Shown here: positions 24,606-38,565 of the stretch, piece after piece
Layout of the letters: each line of letters starts with the position of its first letter
Position numbering within the stretch: the stretch's first letter is position 1
Source of the DNA: Octopus bimaculoides
Lineage: Eukaryota
NCBI RefSeq assembly: GCF_001194135.2
Contig: NC_068987.1
Span: 94,079,526 to 94,143,525, forward strand
Direction of reading: 5' to 3'
Length of the DNA: 64,000 nucleotides
The notes under the pieces: model-generated
Seen by the model: the letters and a program-made list of their open reading frames with translations, nothing else
Database searches by the model: none
What the model was told of the DNA's origin: nothing
Program-made: the position numbers and the translations under genes

Positions 24606-24798
24606 ATGAGGAGAGGAAAGAGATGCAGAGAAGGAAAAAAGATGGAGACAAAAGATTTGTCCTGATTAACGGTTGCACATGCTTAATAGACCTGAAGGAA
24701 GGAAGTGGTTGGAGACATGGCTCGCAAAGGAGACAAGAGGTGCTCGCTTAAAGTGTCAGCGTGTGCAAGTATGTTTGTGTTTTATGCATACATCCTAA

Positions 24799-24850
24799 CC
24801 CGATACGAAATCCCACCCCGATACGAAATCCCAAACTGATACGAAATCGA
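24799..24850. repeat. 18-bp tandem repeat, three copies
   Basis: 'gatacgaaatc' occurs at 24802, 24820 and 24838. Confidence 0.9.
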
Positions 24851-24933
24851 ATTCATATGATCTATATTGATTGTTGGTCTTTACGACCAAGTGTTTTTTT
24901 TTTCCTTTTATTTTCTTTATTTGTCTCAGTCTT

Positions 24934-25134
24934 TAGATTGCGACCATGCTGGTGCACTGCCTTGAAAAAGTTTTAGTAGAAATGAACCGACCCCAGTACC
25001 TTTTGTTTTTAAGTCTCCTATTCATTCTACTGGTCTATTTTGCCTAACAACTAAGCTATGGGGACGTAAACAAACCAGCACCGGTTGTGAAGTGGTGCTG
25101 GTGACAAACACACACACGCGCACACATCTACCCT

Positions 25135-25187
<53 letters not shown>

Positions 25188-25348
25188 ATACGAGGGATCT
25201 TCTCATTTTCCGTTAACCAAATCCACTTACAAGGATTTGGCCGGCTGTGGCTATAGTAAAATACACTTGCCCAAGGTGACACGCAGTGGGATTGAACGTG
25301 GAACTATGTGATCTGAAAGGAAACAACTTTCCACACATCCACGCCTGC
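24934..25348 (-). mobile_element. SINE family A, full length with internal (TA)n
   Basis: Contains the tail 'gcgaccatgctggtgcactgccttg' and the head 'acacttgcccaaggtgacacgcagtgggattgaac'. Confidence 0.85.
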
Positions 25349-25848
25349 TACACTACAGCTGGTTTACAAATTTACAAGTTATTTGCACACAAAGTCGCTG
25401 AACCGGCTAGAAACAGAAGCTAAATCCCGCTTAAACGCCTTGAAAATACGAGGCATAATGTTGTAGTAGATATAATGTTTAAAACTTCAGACGCGATTGC
25501 CATGGGTGGAATGGTTTTGTTCATAGGTATGTTACATCAGAGGTTATACGTTTTTTTCTTTTCAAGGGTTGATGACGATGACGACAACGCCGCCGAAATC
25601 ATAAACAAAAATTACAACTACGACCAGAAATGTTTTAAATTAGTTGCATGACGGACTTGGAAAATGAGATACAAGAGAAGTTCCTTTTCCTGCACGACCA
25701 CCACCCCGCCACCTGCCTCCTTCTCTTCATCATCATTATCATCATCAGCTGCCTCATACACGCGTTCCGATGTATGTGTGTGTGTGCGCGTGTGTGCATA
25801 CCTGTATGTCCTCTCTTACCAGGGTTTTCCTTTTCTTTTCGTCTTCTC

Positions 25849-26188
<340 letters not shown>

Positions 26189-26523
26189 ATATGTGTGTGA
26201 TTGCATTTATGTACTGTATAGTGCAGGTATGTATGTGTATGAATTCGCGTGAAGTAGGTGTGAAGGGGAGACGAAATTGTTGAAGTCGAGGCAGGACAAG
26301 CAGCCAAGTAAGGAGAAAAGTAGACAATGGGCCAACCACACTCTCCGTATTTGCCAAGTGTAAGAAAGTCAAAGTAGAAGAATGTGACCTTTGGCAGGTA
26401 TTTCATCTTTAATCATTTCAATTATAGAAGTACAGCCTGGGGAGTTAGAGAGAGTGACAGAGAGATATAGACAGAGAACGAGAGAGAGAGAGGGAGAGAC
26501 AGACAGAGACAGAGATGGGCGTT

Positions 26524-26559
<36 letters not shown>

Positions 26560-27050
26560 AAGGTAGTTGGCTGTGTAGCTTGGCAGGGAGGCAGGCATGA
26601 CTTTCAAACATTCATACAATATTAGGCTTGGTGACACAAACAGGAAAAATAGAACTGAAAATATGATTATATATATTTTCTTTATTAATAATCTCCAAAA
26701 GTTACATAGTGACTCATGGTCGGAGAGTTTCGTGCATTGGCNNNNNNNNNNNNNNNNNNNNNNNNNNNNNNNNNNNNNNNNNNNNNNNNNNNNNNNNNNN
26801 NNNNNNNNNNNNNNNNNNNNNNNNNNNNNNNNNNNNNNNNNNNNNNNNNNNNNNNNNNNNNNNNNNNNNNNNNNNNNNNNNNNNNNNNNNNNNNNNNNNN
26901 NNNNNNNNNNNNNNNNNNNNNNNNNNNNNNNNNNNNNNNNNNNNNNNNNNNNNNNNNNNNNNNNNNNNNNNNNNNNNNNNNNNNNNNNNNNNNNNNNNNN
27001 NNNNNNNNNNNNNNNNNNNNNNNNNNNNNNNNNNNNNNNNNNNNNNNNNN

Positions 27051-27213
27051 TGAAGTATATTTGCCACTTAAATGTGGCTGACCCCGAGGGGACAGGACAC
27101 AGGACACAGAAGTGTGTCGATAGACAGCTGGAGGAGATGTCCTCCTGGGGCTAAAAGCAACAGTAACATCCACCCCTCGAGGTCAGCCACATTTAAGTGG
27201 CAAATATACTTCA
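27051..27213. repeat. Inverted repeat, 41-bp arms (27051-27091 and 27173-27213), 81-nt spacer
   Basis: The arms match at 40/41 positions. The left arm abuts a gap, so it may be longer. Confidence 0.95.
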
Positions 27214-27261
27214 CTTTATCGTGCAGTTACTGTTAATACCTCGTTCAGAGATTTAACATTG

Positions 27262-27295
<34 letters not shown>

Positions 27296-27299
27296 TATA

Positions 27300-27660
27300 T
27301 GGGTACAGGACGTCCCCAACTGTGTAAACAAGATGCAGTACGATAACAAACGAGTTAAATACGCAAACAACGAGAGAAAGCAATGTAAAACAAGACAAGT
27401 AACATAGAGAACGACCCTTCATCAGTTGTCGGCTGTCTCTCTCTATTGCTCATTTCGAGCATTCAATGACAATATGAGTCTTCGAAGACATTTGTTCCCA
27501 TAAATCCAAAAATAAGATTTTGGATCAATGGAGGGTCAAAGTTGGGAACAAAAACAAGGCCTATACATAGTGATGGAATATACCAGTAGTGCCTACGGAT
27601 ACATTTATTCCTTAGATGGTTGCATAACCTCTAACCCAAAGTTTTTCTAAAGTAATTTAT
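27300..27660 (-). mobile_element. Probable Penelope-like terminal-repeat remnant between (TA)n tracts
   Basis: 27300-27440 is homologous to 2660-2850, contains CTGATGA on the minus strand, and is flanked by (TA)n on both sides. Confidence 0.45.
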
Positions 27661-27669
27661 ATATATATA

Positions 27670-27700
<31 letters not shown>

Positions 27701-29063
27701 GTGNNNNNNNNNNNNNNNNNNNNNNNNNNNNNNNNNNNNNNNNNNNNNNNNNNNNNNNNNNNNNNNNNNNNNNNNNNNNNNNNNNNNNNNNNNNNNNNNN
27801 NNNNNNNNNNNNNNNNNNNNNNNNNNNNNNNNNNNNNNNNNNNNNNNNNNNNNNNNNNNNNNNNNNNNNNNNNNNNNNNNNNNNNNNNNNNNNNNNNNNN
27901 NNNNNNNNNNNNNNNNNNNNNNNNNNNNNNNNNNNNNNNNNNNNNNNNNNNNNNNNNNNNNNNNNNNNNNNNNNNNNNNNNNNNNNNNNNNNNNNNNNNN
28001 NNNNNNNNNNNNNNNNNNNNNNNNNNNNNNNNNNNNNNNNNNNNNNNNNNNNNNNNNNNNNNNNNNNNNNNNNNNNNNNNNNNNNNNNNNNNNNNNNNNN
28101 NNNNNNNNNNNNNNNNNNNNNNNNNNNNNNNNNNNNNNNNNNNNNNNNNNNNNNNNNNNNNNNNNNNNNNNNNNNNNNNNNNNNNNNNNNNNNNNNNNNN
28201 NNNNNNNNNNNNNNNNNNNNNNNNNNNNNNNNNNNNNNNNNNNNNNNNNNNNNNNNNNNNNNNNNNNNNNNNNNNNNNNNNNNNNNNNNNNNNNNNNNNN
28301 NNNNNNNNNNNNNNNNNNNNNNNNNNNNNNNNNNNNNNNNNNNNNNNNNNNNNNNNNNNNNNNNNNNNNNNNNNNNNNNNNNNNNNNNNNNNNNNNNNNN
28401 NNNNNNNNNNNNNNNNNNNNNNNNNNNNNNNNNNNNNNNNNNNNNNNNNNNNNNNNNNNNNNNNNNNNNNNNNNNNNNNNNNNNNNNNNNNNNNNNNNNN
28501 NNNNNNNNNNNNNNNNNNNNNNNNNNNNNNNNNNNNNNNNNNNNNNNNNNNNNNNNNNNNNNNNNNNNNNNNNNNNNNNNNNNNNNNNNNNNNNNNNNNN
28601 NNNNNNNNNNNNNNNNNNNNNNNNNNNNNNNNNNNNNNNNNNNNNNNNNNNNNNNNNNNNNNNNNNNNNATATATATTTATATATATATGAAATTCAAAG
28701 AGTACAAGCTTTGTGAAGATATTAGGTAATTTTAAAATATGGTTGTTATTTCTAATTGGTGAAGTGACCTTACTGAAGGTAGTAAGGTGTAAAAGAAGAA
28801 GGTTTGTCTGTTATGTCTAGCAGGTTGACAATAGTTTATGAGTTGAGAGAGATTAGGCTCCTCTGTGTTGCACGTTCAGAGACACCCACTAGTTAACTAA
28901 TGAGCTCATCGGTCATTAAAGGAAAATTTAGCCTCTTCTTCCTGTTTTTTACTATTACTGTTCAGTCATGCGGAAAATAGATTTGATAATTACTAACATT
29001 GCCGTTTGAAAAACTAAATTGTCGATGTCAAAGTCGTTTTCATATTGCCTTCTTTTAATCAGG

Positions 29064-29098
<35 letters not shown>

Positions 29099-29424
29099 TG
29101 TGTGTGTGTGTCTGTGTCTGTGTCTGTGTGTGTGTACCTGTGTGCGATGGTGTACAAGTTTGTGATAGATGTATATACACGGTATGGTTCATTCTTTTGT
29201 TGTGCTGACTATTTCTTAGTACGTTACCTAAGGATCCTATAAACGACTTTGTACAGACTAATTACTTACTAAATGCCAGCTATATAAACAGCAATACATG
29301 TTTATTATTATTATTAACGTTATCATTATTCTGATGACTCATTTAGTCAGGGAACCTTCCATCTATGACACATAAATCTTTGTCATATTTGTGAAGTAAC
29401 ATTATTATTATTATTATTATTATT

Positions 29425-29471
<47 letters not shown>

Positions 29472-29601
29472 CTGGTTTGTTCATTTTGTTGTCTTCATCT
29501 TCGTATATCACAGATATCTCAAAGAACGATTTCACTACGTTTAAGTGATAAATACAAAAGCTATACGTATATATATATACATATACATATATATATGCGT
29601 G

Positions 29602-29648
<47 letters not shown>

Positions 29649-30959
29649 GTGTGTTCGTGCGTGCGTGCTTATGTCTGTGAACAGATCGTAGATTGTACAA
29701 CGAAATGCTGACACCAGGTAAAAAGTGATTTAGGGCTTCATTGGCGTTCGAACAACTTTCTCCTCTGTGGAAATCTCATCACGCATTTAACTTATTTAAA
29801 TAGAAGCAACTGTAAAAAGCTCAAATGAACGCCTATAACATGAAGTGCAGGGCATGTGTATAATGCATATGAATAGTTCTGACTTTGATCGTTGCCAAAA
29901 GAACGAAAAAAGTTAAATAAAAATAAGTGTCTCCATTATTTTGCCTAACCCCTGTATATATAATACATTACTAACAAAAGGGTTCCAGCTATGATTTAAC
30001 CTTTACCCTGGGGGGGGGGGGTTCTTCTTGGTATACAACACAAGGATCGGCGTGATTGTTTACATTCACTGAGTATATTTCTACAAAAACTGATGGCAAC
30101 TTTATACATTAGACTAGAGATGACAATGGCAGTAGGAAGACTAATGTTTCAATGTAATGTTAGAAAGAGGAGAAAAGTATTTTTCAGACATGAAAACAGT
30201 TATTAAAGGAATGATTAAAACAATATGAAAATGAAAGAGAAAGACGTGCAAGGCCAAATAACTCCAGAACAACTTTCCAAATCGCAAAAATGTGTAACGA
30301 TGAAACCATTAGCAACAAATCAGAAACAAAAACTTATGTTTTGCTCTCCTAGTTATGAGACGTCACCAGGAAAATGTAGGTGGACGTTTATCGAGAAGAA
30401 GTATGAAGAGAGTTTAAAAACGAAATGTTCTTCTCCTTTGACTTACACAACGGCGTCTAACATATTTTGCGTTCGAACTGGCCGGAATATTTTAAAAGTA
30501 TGTAAATCATGGCTATTATTATCATTATTATTGTTGTTGTTAATATTAATGGTTGTAAAGAGCAGAAAAAAACAAAATATTCTAAGGTACTTAGTTGCGT
30601 CATTTTATGTTCTTAGTTCAGATCCCGACAAGAATGACTTTACTTTGCATTAATTGAGGGTCTGTAAAACGAGTTTTGGTGACGGCATCAGACAGAAAAC
30701 GAAAGCAAATAATTGAAAGAAAGAATAGATATCAAAAAACGTTTTTTTTCAAGTCAACTTTGATAAAGATCGATCCTGTCTAAAGAGAGACAGCGAGACA
30801 ACACCTGAATCAATGATAAACGGTTTGCTTCTATTTAGGATAACAAGATAACCAGATCTTCATTTAACACATATACTTGTATATCATATACAAATCTACA
30901 TTTTTGCACGAGGGTCCAACTGACCAGGACCTAAAATATATCAACAATCAACGGTGTAT

Positions 30960-31080
30960 AATGGGAAAATATTTCAATATCAATAACCGACTGACTTTAA
31001 AACGTGTCTCCAGGTGGTGCTATTAAGGTTCATTCGGCCTGGGCCAATCTTTGGCCGAAACATATCTAAGTTATTTATCC
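30960..31080 (+). mobile_element. Probable CR1 3'-end fragment
   Basis: 'caggtggtgctattaa..gcctgggccaatctttggccgaaacatat' resembles the reverse complement of 37275-37345. Confidence 0.45.
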
Positions 31081-31679
31081 ACAAATATTAAATCCACTGA
31101 TATTACAGGTCAACTCACTCTTCGAAGACCTGTGTTTCCTCATGTGTATTTGTGTATGTACATCAGAATGTGTATTGGTATATCTACCAGCTTCTGTGTG
31201 TTAATATATGTCTGTGTGTGTGTATCCATACACAAATCTGAACGCAGATGGGGAAGGTGTAGTTATTTTATACAGAAGCAGCGTGTGTAATATTTACTCA
31301 ATCCAAGACAAATCTGGGCGGTTATAAATGAAGAAACATTTGAATTGAATCAGATTCAAACGAGAGAGCGAGTATAATATCTATTTAGACACTGAATCAC
31401 TTCATAGGTTAACATTTGTTGAAGCTTTATAGAATGGAATACTTTATACAATTGCCTGTATAGACATAATTAAACGTCAGAGCAAACAGCATTCAAAATA
31501 CGATCCTAATTTTTTTATACGGGTTAGAAACTAATTGTTTCGAAACACCATGAAGAGAGAGAGAGAGAGAGAAAAACGACCAGCTGCTGTTGAAAATGTA
31601 AGTCAAAACTTTCTATTTCATGCTCCACTGAATATACATCATATTATATACATACATGCATACACACACATATGGATAG

Positions 31680-31766
<87 letters not shown>

Positions 31767-32157
31767 TATACACACCTACACACACATCACCAGTAAAATA
31801 ATTATTCTGGTTTTGACCTGTTATTCTATGCGTTGGTTATTATCAAATTAATTTTCACAACATACCATTATAGACCTTGGCGTTCTCCTTAAGGATTCTG
31901 ATATCAAAAATATGCTCCCTCTTTGCTCCCGCTTTTCGAAACCCTATCTGTACTTCCACTTCCTATTCATCCCTATTTATGGCCAAGTTATATGAAGGCC
32001 CAGAACCTCTCTGCCGACATATTCGAATGTTGAATGAGTGGAAAATGGTCTTTCTTAATGATGAAAATGCCGAAGATGGGAAATGGTATCAAGAACTGGC
32101 CAGGAAAGACCCGCGAGCAATGTAAGGATGCAGCGTGTGTGTGTGAGTGTGTGTGTG

Positions 32158-32188
<31 letters not shown>

Positions 32189-32754
32189 CGATGTGCTGTG
32201 GTTTTGTCAATGGCTTTTCACCCTAAACCATCAATGCATATTATTTTTTCATTCATTCATTCATCCATTTAACAGATGTTTTCCAGTTTCTAGAGTTTAT
32301 CGTAAAATTGTATTCTCCCCCCACGAGGCGACGCCACACAAGAATAATAAACAGATCAACAAGGAACGTTTAAGTTAGCCACTAAGGTTGTGAACCTCAC
32401 GAAACATGGAGCTAGATGGAGCTAGATGATCTGCCATCTTGACTTGACGATTAATCTTTAGAAGCTTACACGATTACATGAAACTCCCTTACATATTTTC
32501 AAATGCCCTTAATACCCGCCTCCACCTTTCTCTTCTAAATATGTGTGCTTAAGTAATGATATTATTTAAAATATTCAAACTTTCATCCGATGAATAACCT
32601 CATCGGACCGAAGGGCGCATGCATTTCTGTTTCATTGCATGTCGTAAGCTACAGATAGTGGGTCGTAATTCATAACTCTGTCGTATGGTCCGATGACTCC
32701 GTTCGTTGACGAATGACATCTTTTCTATATATATTATCAATAAGGAGATGTTTT

Positions 32755-32859
<105 letters not shown>

Positions 32860-33094
32860 TCTGCAGCGTATGTCTTTTCACATCCTGGTGTATACGAACA
32901 TATTTAACATGATTGTACACACCCACCCAAAACACACTTGTACACACGCAAACAAACTCATGCACACAAACACGTAAACACACATAAAAACAAATACACA
33001 CACTCTCATATGCACAAACACACACGTACACACATTTAAGTAGCCGAGGCATTACAGGCATACTTTTTGTCCTCTTATACGAACTGGAAAAAAT

Positions 33095-34195
33095 GCAGTG
33101 ACCAAAACATAGCCCTTTACGCTGCTCCCATCGACCTGACAAAGGCGTTTGATCTATATAGGGATTGATTGGGGAGAATCTTGAGTTGGCTTGGTTGTCC
33201 ACCTAAGTTCCTCTTTGTTCTCCACCAGCGGAGACAGGTCAAGTACAATGACGATTTGTTGGGAGTCCCTCATCATTGAGAACGTCGTGAAAACTTCTGT
33301 TTCCTGATCTCGACGCTCTGCAGCATATTGCTGTGGAAAGCCAAAATGATTCACAACATCATCTAAATACGTTTCCACACTAATAGGAACGTATTCCATT
33401 AACTCCGATTCATTGTTTCCTCAAGGAATCCGGAGAAGCTCATCATTTACCTAATGCTTGCAGATGACTTCACCCTTCTAGCTCACACAGAGGTGGCCCT
33501 CAATACAGGCGTGCCTACCTTTACAAAAGCAGCCAAGGCTATTGGTCTTACGATCACTCTGGGAAAAATTGCCTTATACCGCATTCTGATTATCGCAAAT
33601 CAGCATCGAAGAACAGCCACTAAACACAAACACTTCACGTATTTGGGGAGCGACAGTTCAGATGACGCAGCCTGTGAAAAGGACGCTGACAACCGAGTTA
33701 CGAAAACCAGAGCTTTCATTGAACTTCTGCATAAACGAGTATGGCAGAAACGTGCACTGAATCTGTCGATCGGGATCAAAGTCTGTAAATGAATTGTTCT
33801 CAGTGCTCGCCTCAGTGGGTCAGAGGCTTGAATGCTGAACAGGAAATATGTTAAGCCACTGGACACTTCCAGCAAAGATGCTTTCGTTCTACCACGGACA
33901 CCTCATCGAAGGAACACATCACCAACAACGAAGTCCTCTAGCAGGTTAACGTCCTGAGGATTGCAATCATGATGGTACTCATATAGCTCAAATGGAGGGC
34001 CACGTCTCATGCATAGACTAATCCAGAATGCTGAAGGCTACAACGTGCAGCGAGCTCAGTCCGGGCAAGAGAGACGAAGAAATACCGAAAGTGTTTCAAA
34101 GACCAGCTGAAACGCCAGCTCGCATAGGCAGGGATGGCACCACTAGGTAGGAGGGAGTCGTAGCACAGAAGGAATTGTGCCGAGACTGCATCCTA
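33095..34195 (+). mobile_element. RTE-clade (BovB/Expander-like) LINE fragment: RT domain and C-terminus, decayed
   Basis: Encodes IDLTKAFD, LGCPPKF, LADDFTLLAHTE, AAKAIGLTI, FTYLGS and LHKRVWQ. It contains several stops and frameshifts. Confidence 0.92.
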
Positions 34196-34558
34196 AAAAC
34201 TGTAAATCGTCCGATGAACGTTAGGTAGGCTGGAACTTCGAGGTCACTGTGAAAACTATTATTGTTAAATAATACTCAAAATGTACTCAACAAAATGTGT
34301 TGAGTACTCCTTCAATTTAATGTAAATGTTTTTTTATTATTATAACTCGATACGACTACAAATATTTATGTGTGTGTGTGGTGTGGGTGGGGGTCCATAT
34401 AAACGTGTATAATATGCCATCGTGAGCTTGGGCTTTCCGAACGGGTGAAAGAAGCATGAATTAATAGTGTTTATTAATTTATGTATATCTGAAACATCCT
34501 TCCGTCTTTACTCTGAATTCCAAGTTTACTCGTAATATTAACACACACACACACACAC

Positions 34559-34630
<72 letters not shown>

Positions 34631-35786
34631 ACGTACTTGTTCCCGTTATATGTTAACTGATTAAATAACCAATCCAGCCATATTTTTTTTGTAAATAAAA
34701 ATATTTTCTCATTATTTTTCAACAACATACTTGAATGAATTAATCAAACTTAATTAACTGCCGTGTTAAGCTATAAGGGATCTCAACTAAATTGTAATTA
34801 CTTTTACATCGCATACTAATAATTAAAAACATTCCGTTTCTCTCTAGATGAATATGCGTAAATGCGAATTGGTGTGTTTAAGTGAGTGTGAGGGAGTCTT
34901 ATACATTACAAAACTGATACAAATAACACACACACACACACACACACACATACATACATACAAATGTGCACTTATTAATTGAATGGGGGCACCAACAACA
35001 CATGTTTAAGAATATCTATGTAAACAGACTTACACTCTTGTGTTTACTAAACACTCGTGGCTTCGTTGTAAAACTACAGGCCGTAGTAAAACCATAAACC
35101 CCTCAGCAAACAAGGGATCAACTGGTTTTGATTTTCATTTAACACCTCGTCAGGAGTGTCTTTCTTTCCCTTACACATCGTACAATTCCACTTCCTAGTA
35201 AAAAATAAAGAAGATCAGAGGAGACCTGGCCAGCTTTCCATGCTAAGGCAATGTCGGCTGTGAATTCATTTACCATTGTCCTGAAGAAGACTTTATTCTA
35301 TTTCTTTTTATACCATTTAAGCGAAGCAAGGATAGCAAGGATCTTTCAGCCGTTCCTGGCGGTCCTAAATCTCGGCGTTGATGCTTATAACCGAGTGAAC
35401 TTGGAAAGTAGTTGATCTACACTGGTGAATGGTGAAGAGGTTTGCTCTGCTTTGATGTAGTTTTAAGTTCGATCTCAGTGTGTGATGTCTTTGGTAAGTG
35501 TCTTCGATTAAAACCTCACCTAAAACTTTGTAAGAGGAATTTGGTAAAATCAATTATACATACATAGATGAAAATAGGTATGGTCATATATATATATAAA
35601 TATACATCTTTTCGCTGCTTTCTCGTATACGAGCAAAGCTATTGCTAGAAAGAATCACTAAAATGACTCAATGTTTATCAGGAATTAGGATGGACAAAGA
35701 TTCCATAATTGCAGGAGGTGGTGTTCCCCATCATATTCGAAGGGCAACTTAGTAAGGGGGAGGGTGAAAAGATGGTCAACGAGATC

Positions 35787-35802
35787 GTATCATCATCATC
35801 AA

Positions 35803-35841
<39 letters not shown>

Positions 35842-36030
35842 TACTATCATCGTCTATATCCTCCTAATGCTTTTGCTTATCTTCTGTTTTGTAATCATTG
35901 TTTTCCTTGGTTTCCTCCCCCTCCTCCTCCTCTACCTCATCATCATCATCATCATCATAATCGTCACCATTTTCATGAAGCTCATTACCATCATCATCAT
36001 CGTCGTCATCATCATCATCATCATCACCAT
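35787..36030. repeat. Interrupted (CAT)n array
   Basis: Read directly from the sequence. Confidence 0.9.
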
Positions 36031-37244
36031 CGACCACACTCATTCGAGAATTAATTTAATCTACTTGATATGATTATCTTTTCTTTCTTTTTTTTTCTTT
36101 TTGTTGTCTTGTTTCCCTGAGTGAAAAAAAAAAGTCATTTTAGTCGTCTTTATTCTTTTCTAGTCATCATCCTCCTTCTCTCACCCATCTCCCCCACTTA
36201 CTCCCTCATTCTTACTCGCTCCCTCTCTCCCTCTCACTCTTTCCCTCCCCTTCTTTCTCTGGTTTCCTTCAATTATAAAATGTCACTTTTTAGTTTTAAC
36301 CATGTTTTTTTTTTTTTTTTTTTTTTNNNNNNNNNNNNNNNNNNNNNNNNNNNNNNNNNNNNNNNNNNNNNNNNNNNNNNNNNNNNNNNNNNNNNNNNNN
36401 NNNNNNNNNNNNNNNNNNNNNNNNNNNNNNNNNNNNNNNNNNNNNNNNNNNNNNNNNNNNNNNNNNNNNNNNNNNNNNNNNNNNNNNNNNNNNNNNNNNN
36501 NNNNNNNNNNNNNNNNNNNNNNNNNNNNNNNNNNNNNNNNNNNNNNNNNNNNNNNNNNNNNNNNNNNNNNNNNNNNNNNNNNNNNNNNNNNNNNNNNNNN
36601 NNNNNNNNNNNNNNNNNNNNNNNNNNNNNNNNNNNNNNNNNNNNNNNNNNNNNNNNNNNNNNNNNNNNNNNNNNNNNNNNNNNNNNNNNNNNNNNNNNNN
36701 NNNNNNNNNNNNNNNNNNNNNNNNNNNNNNNNNNNNNNNNNNNNNNNNNNNNNNNNNNNNNNNNNNNNNNNNNNNNNNNNNNNNNNNNNNNNNNNNNNNN
36801 NNNNNNNNNNNNNNNNNNNNNNNNNNNNNNNNNNNNNNNNNNNNNNNNNNNNNNNNNNNNNNNNNNNNNNNNNNNNNNNNNNNNNNNNNNNNNNNNNNNN
36901 NNNNNNNNNNNNNNNNNNNNNNNNNNNNNNNNNNNNNNNNNNNNTGGTGGTGATTTTGGTTGTGCTGATGGAAGTAGTTTGGTGTTCTTGGGGGATAAGG
37001 ATGAGAACGGAAAAGGCCATACTGTTTAGAAGCTCTTTTCGCAACCACCTGGTGTTGAGTTCGATGTCAATACGTGCCCAAGAATTTTGGTGTGTAATTA
37101 GGTTGACGAATAATGTGCAGAATCGCAACTTGTGTTTGGTTCTGTTGCAAGCCTTGGTTCAGGCAATATTCCTGGTCACAATACCGTTTCTCTCTCTCTC
37201 CCTTTTTATCCTAACAGAGATTCATTAAGATAACATTAATGTTG

Positions 37245-37715
37245 TCATTCTTTCTCTGCTTACTTTGAGAACTGAAATGAAATATGGTTCAGCCGAAGAT
37301 TGGTCCACGCTATATCAAATTTAATGGCACTGCCTGATAGGATCTATTGACTCATTTTTAAAGATAAGTCTCGTGTTATCATGGCCCATTCAAGTAGGAA
37401 GTTGCAGTTGACTGAGATGTCTCCAGGTATGGGTGGTTTATCTGGTATTCCTTCAAGAAATTTGTCCAGGCTTCGTTTGAAGGTGATGAGATCTTTTCCT
37501 CCTTTGATTTGTTTCAGGACAATGCTAAATAGAACAAAGCTTGTTGAAGAAAAGAAATTGTGTTGCAGTGTGGTGAGCCTTCAATGCATTTTGAAACTAA
37601 CGTTAAGATCGTTTGGGTAACGCTAGTGCTATTTTCCCTCCACATTTTGCAAATGCTGTAGCTCTCACAGTGGTGCTGGAGAGAATGAATATCTAATGTT
37701 TTAAGGTGTTCCCAC
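37245..37715 (-). mobile_element. CR1-clade LINE 3' fragment, decayed
   Basis: The minus strand encodes EHLKTLDIHSLQHHCESY (cf. LQRRRER), then TLQHNFFSST..DLITFKRSLDKFLEGIPDKPPIPG..LLEWA, followed by a short 3' UTR. Confidence 0.8.
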
Positions 37716-38439
37716 TAATCAAAATCAGACACACCTTTCATTTTTTAAGCCATTAGAAATAAGAAACAGTCTCTCTCGTAAATGTATTTCCTCCTTTAGC
37801 CCCACGATCATTTCTGTGCGTGCTGTATTTTCATTATTATTATTATTATTATTGCTGTTGTTGTTGTTGTTGTTGTTGTAAATATGTGTCATGTATTCAA
37901 TAGAAAAAGGTTATTAATATCAGATACTTTTCATGCTATGACCATGCCGTTCCATTTTTTCTTTTTCTTTCTTTTTTCTTATTTGTTTTGTACGTTTTGT
38001 ATGTAGGACAGTATTATACAATGTGTACCTGTCCTTAGAAGTTGTTAAAGTGTAATTTGAGAGTGATTTGGTTGCTATTTCAAGCCTATGAAACGATTAC
38101 ATAACTGCTTCCTCTCTCACTCTAATCTACAAAGGTATGTTGCTGTGCTGCTAGAGTTAGACTGAGTTTCTAGGTTACTAGACAACTCTCCTTGGCCACC
38201 TCAGAAGAAAACCAAACTGTACAGTGCAAGTTAAAAACACTTCATTTAAGAATGTTCAAACCAGAATGGAGTTGTCGCACTTTTTAATTTCCTTTTTTGT
38301 CACTTGGTGGATGGACGGGATGGGAATTAACTGCGGATTGTATGTGTTATAGGCACACATCTTAATCTTCAATCGGTCAAGGAGCTTATCTAATTTATAA
38401 GCCACCAAAAGTACAATAGCGTCTTTAAGATACAGCTTC

Positions 38440-38565
38440 ACCCCAGCTTTTGTTGATATCCCTTATGGCCGAGTGGTTTGGAGCAATATCAAATGAAGTG
38501 CTTTGCACAAGAACACAACATGCCACCCGGTCTGAGAATCGAAACAACGATCTTACGATCATCAC
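38440..38565 (-). mobile_element. SINE fragment (family C-like head)
   Basis: 'tttgcacaagaacacaac..gaatcgaaacaacgatcttacgatc' resembles the reverse complement of 19430-19490. Confidence 0.5.

Noticed and set aside
24799-24850. CRISPR-like repeat-spacer array
   Set aside because: The units are only 18 bp with 7-nt similar spacers, the context is eukaryotic and there are no cas genes.
32580-32720. CCGATGA-containing hairpins and a CCGATGA...GACGAAT relic
   Set aside because: GAAA is absent and stems II and III do not pair, so no ribozyme can be called.
35100-35160. Minus-strand CTGACGA motif in a possible Penelope-like end
   Set aside because: There is no intact stem II/GAAAC downstream.
36945-37060. 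Minus-strand frame KRASKQYGLFRSHPY resembling a PY-type nuclear localisation signal
   Set aside because: There is an in-frame stop just upstream and only a weak acceptor. It is adjacent to a CR1 remnant and a gap.
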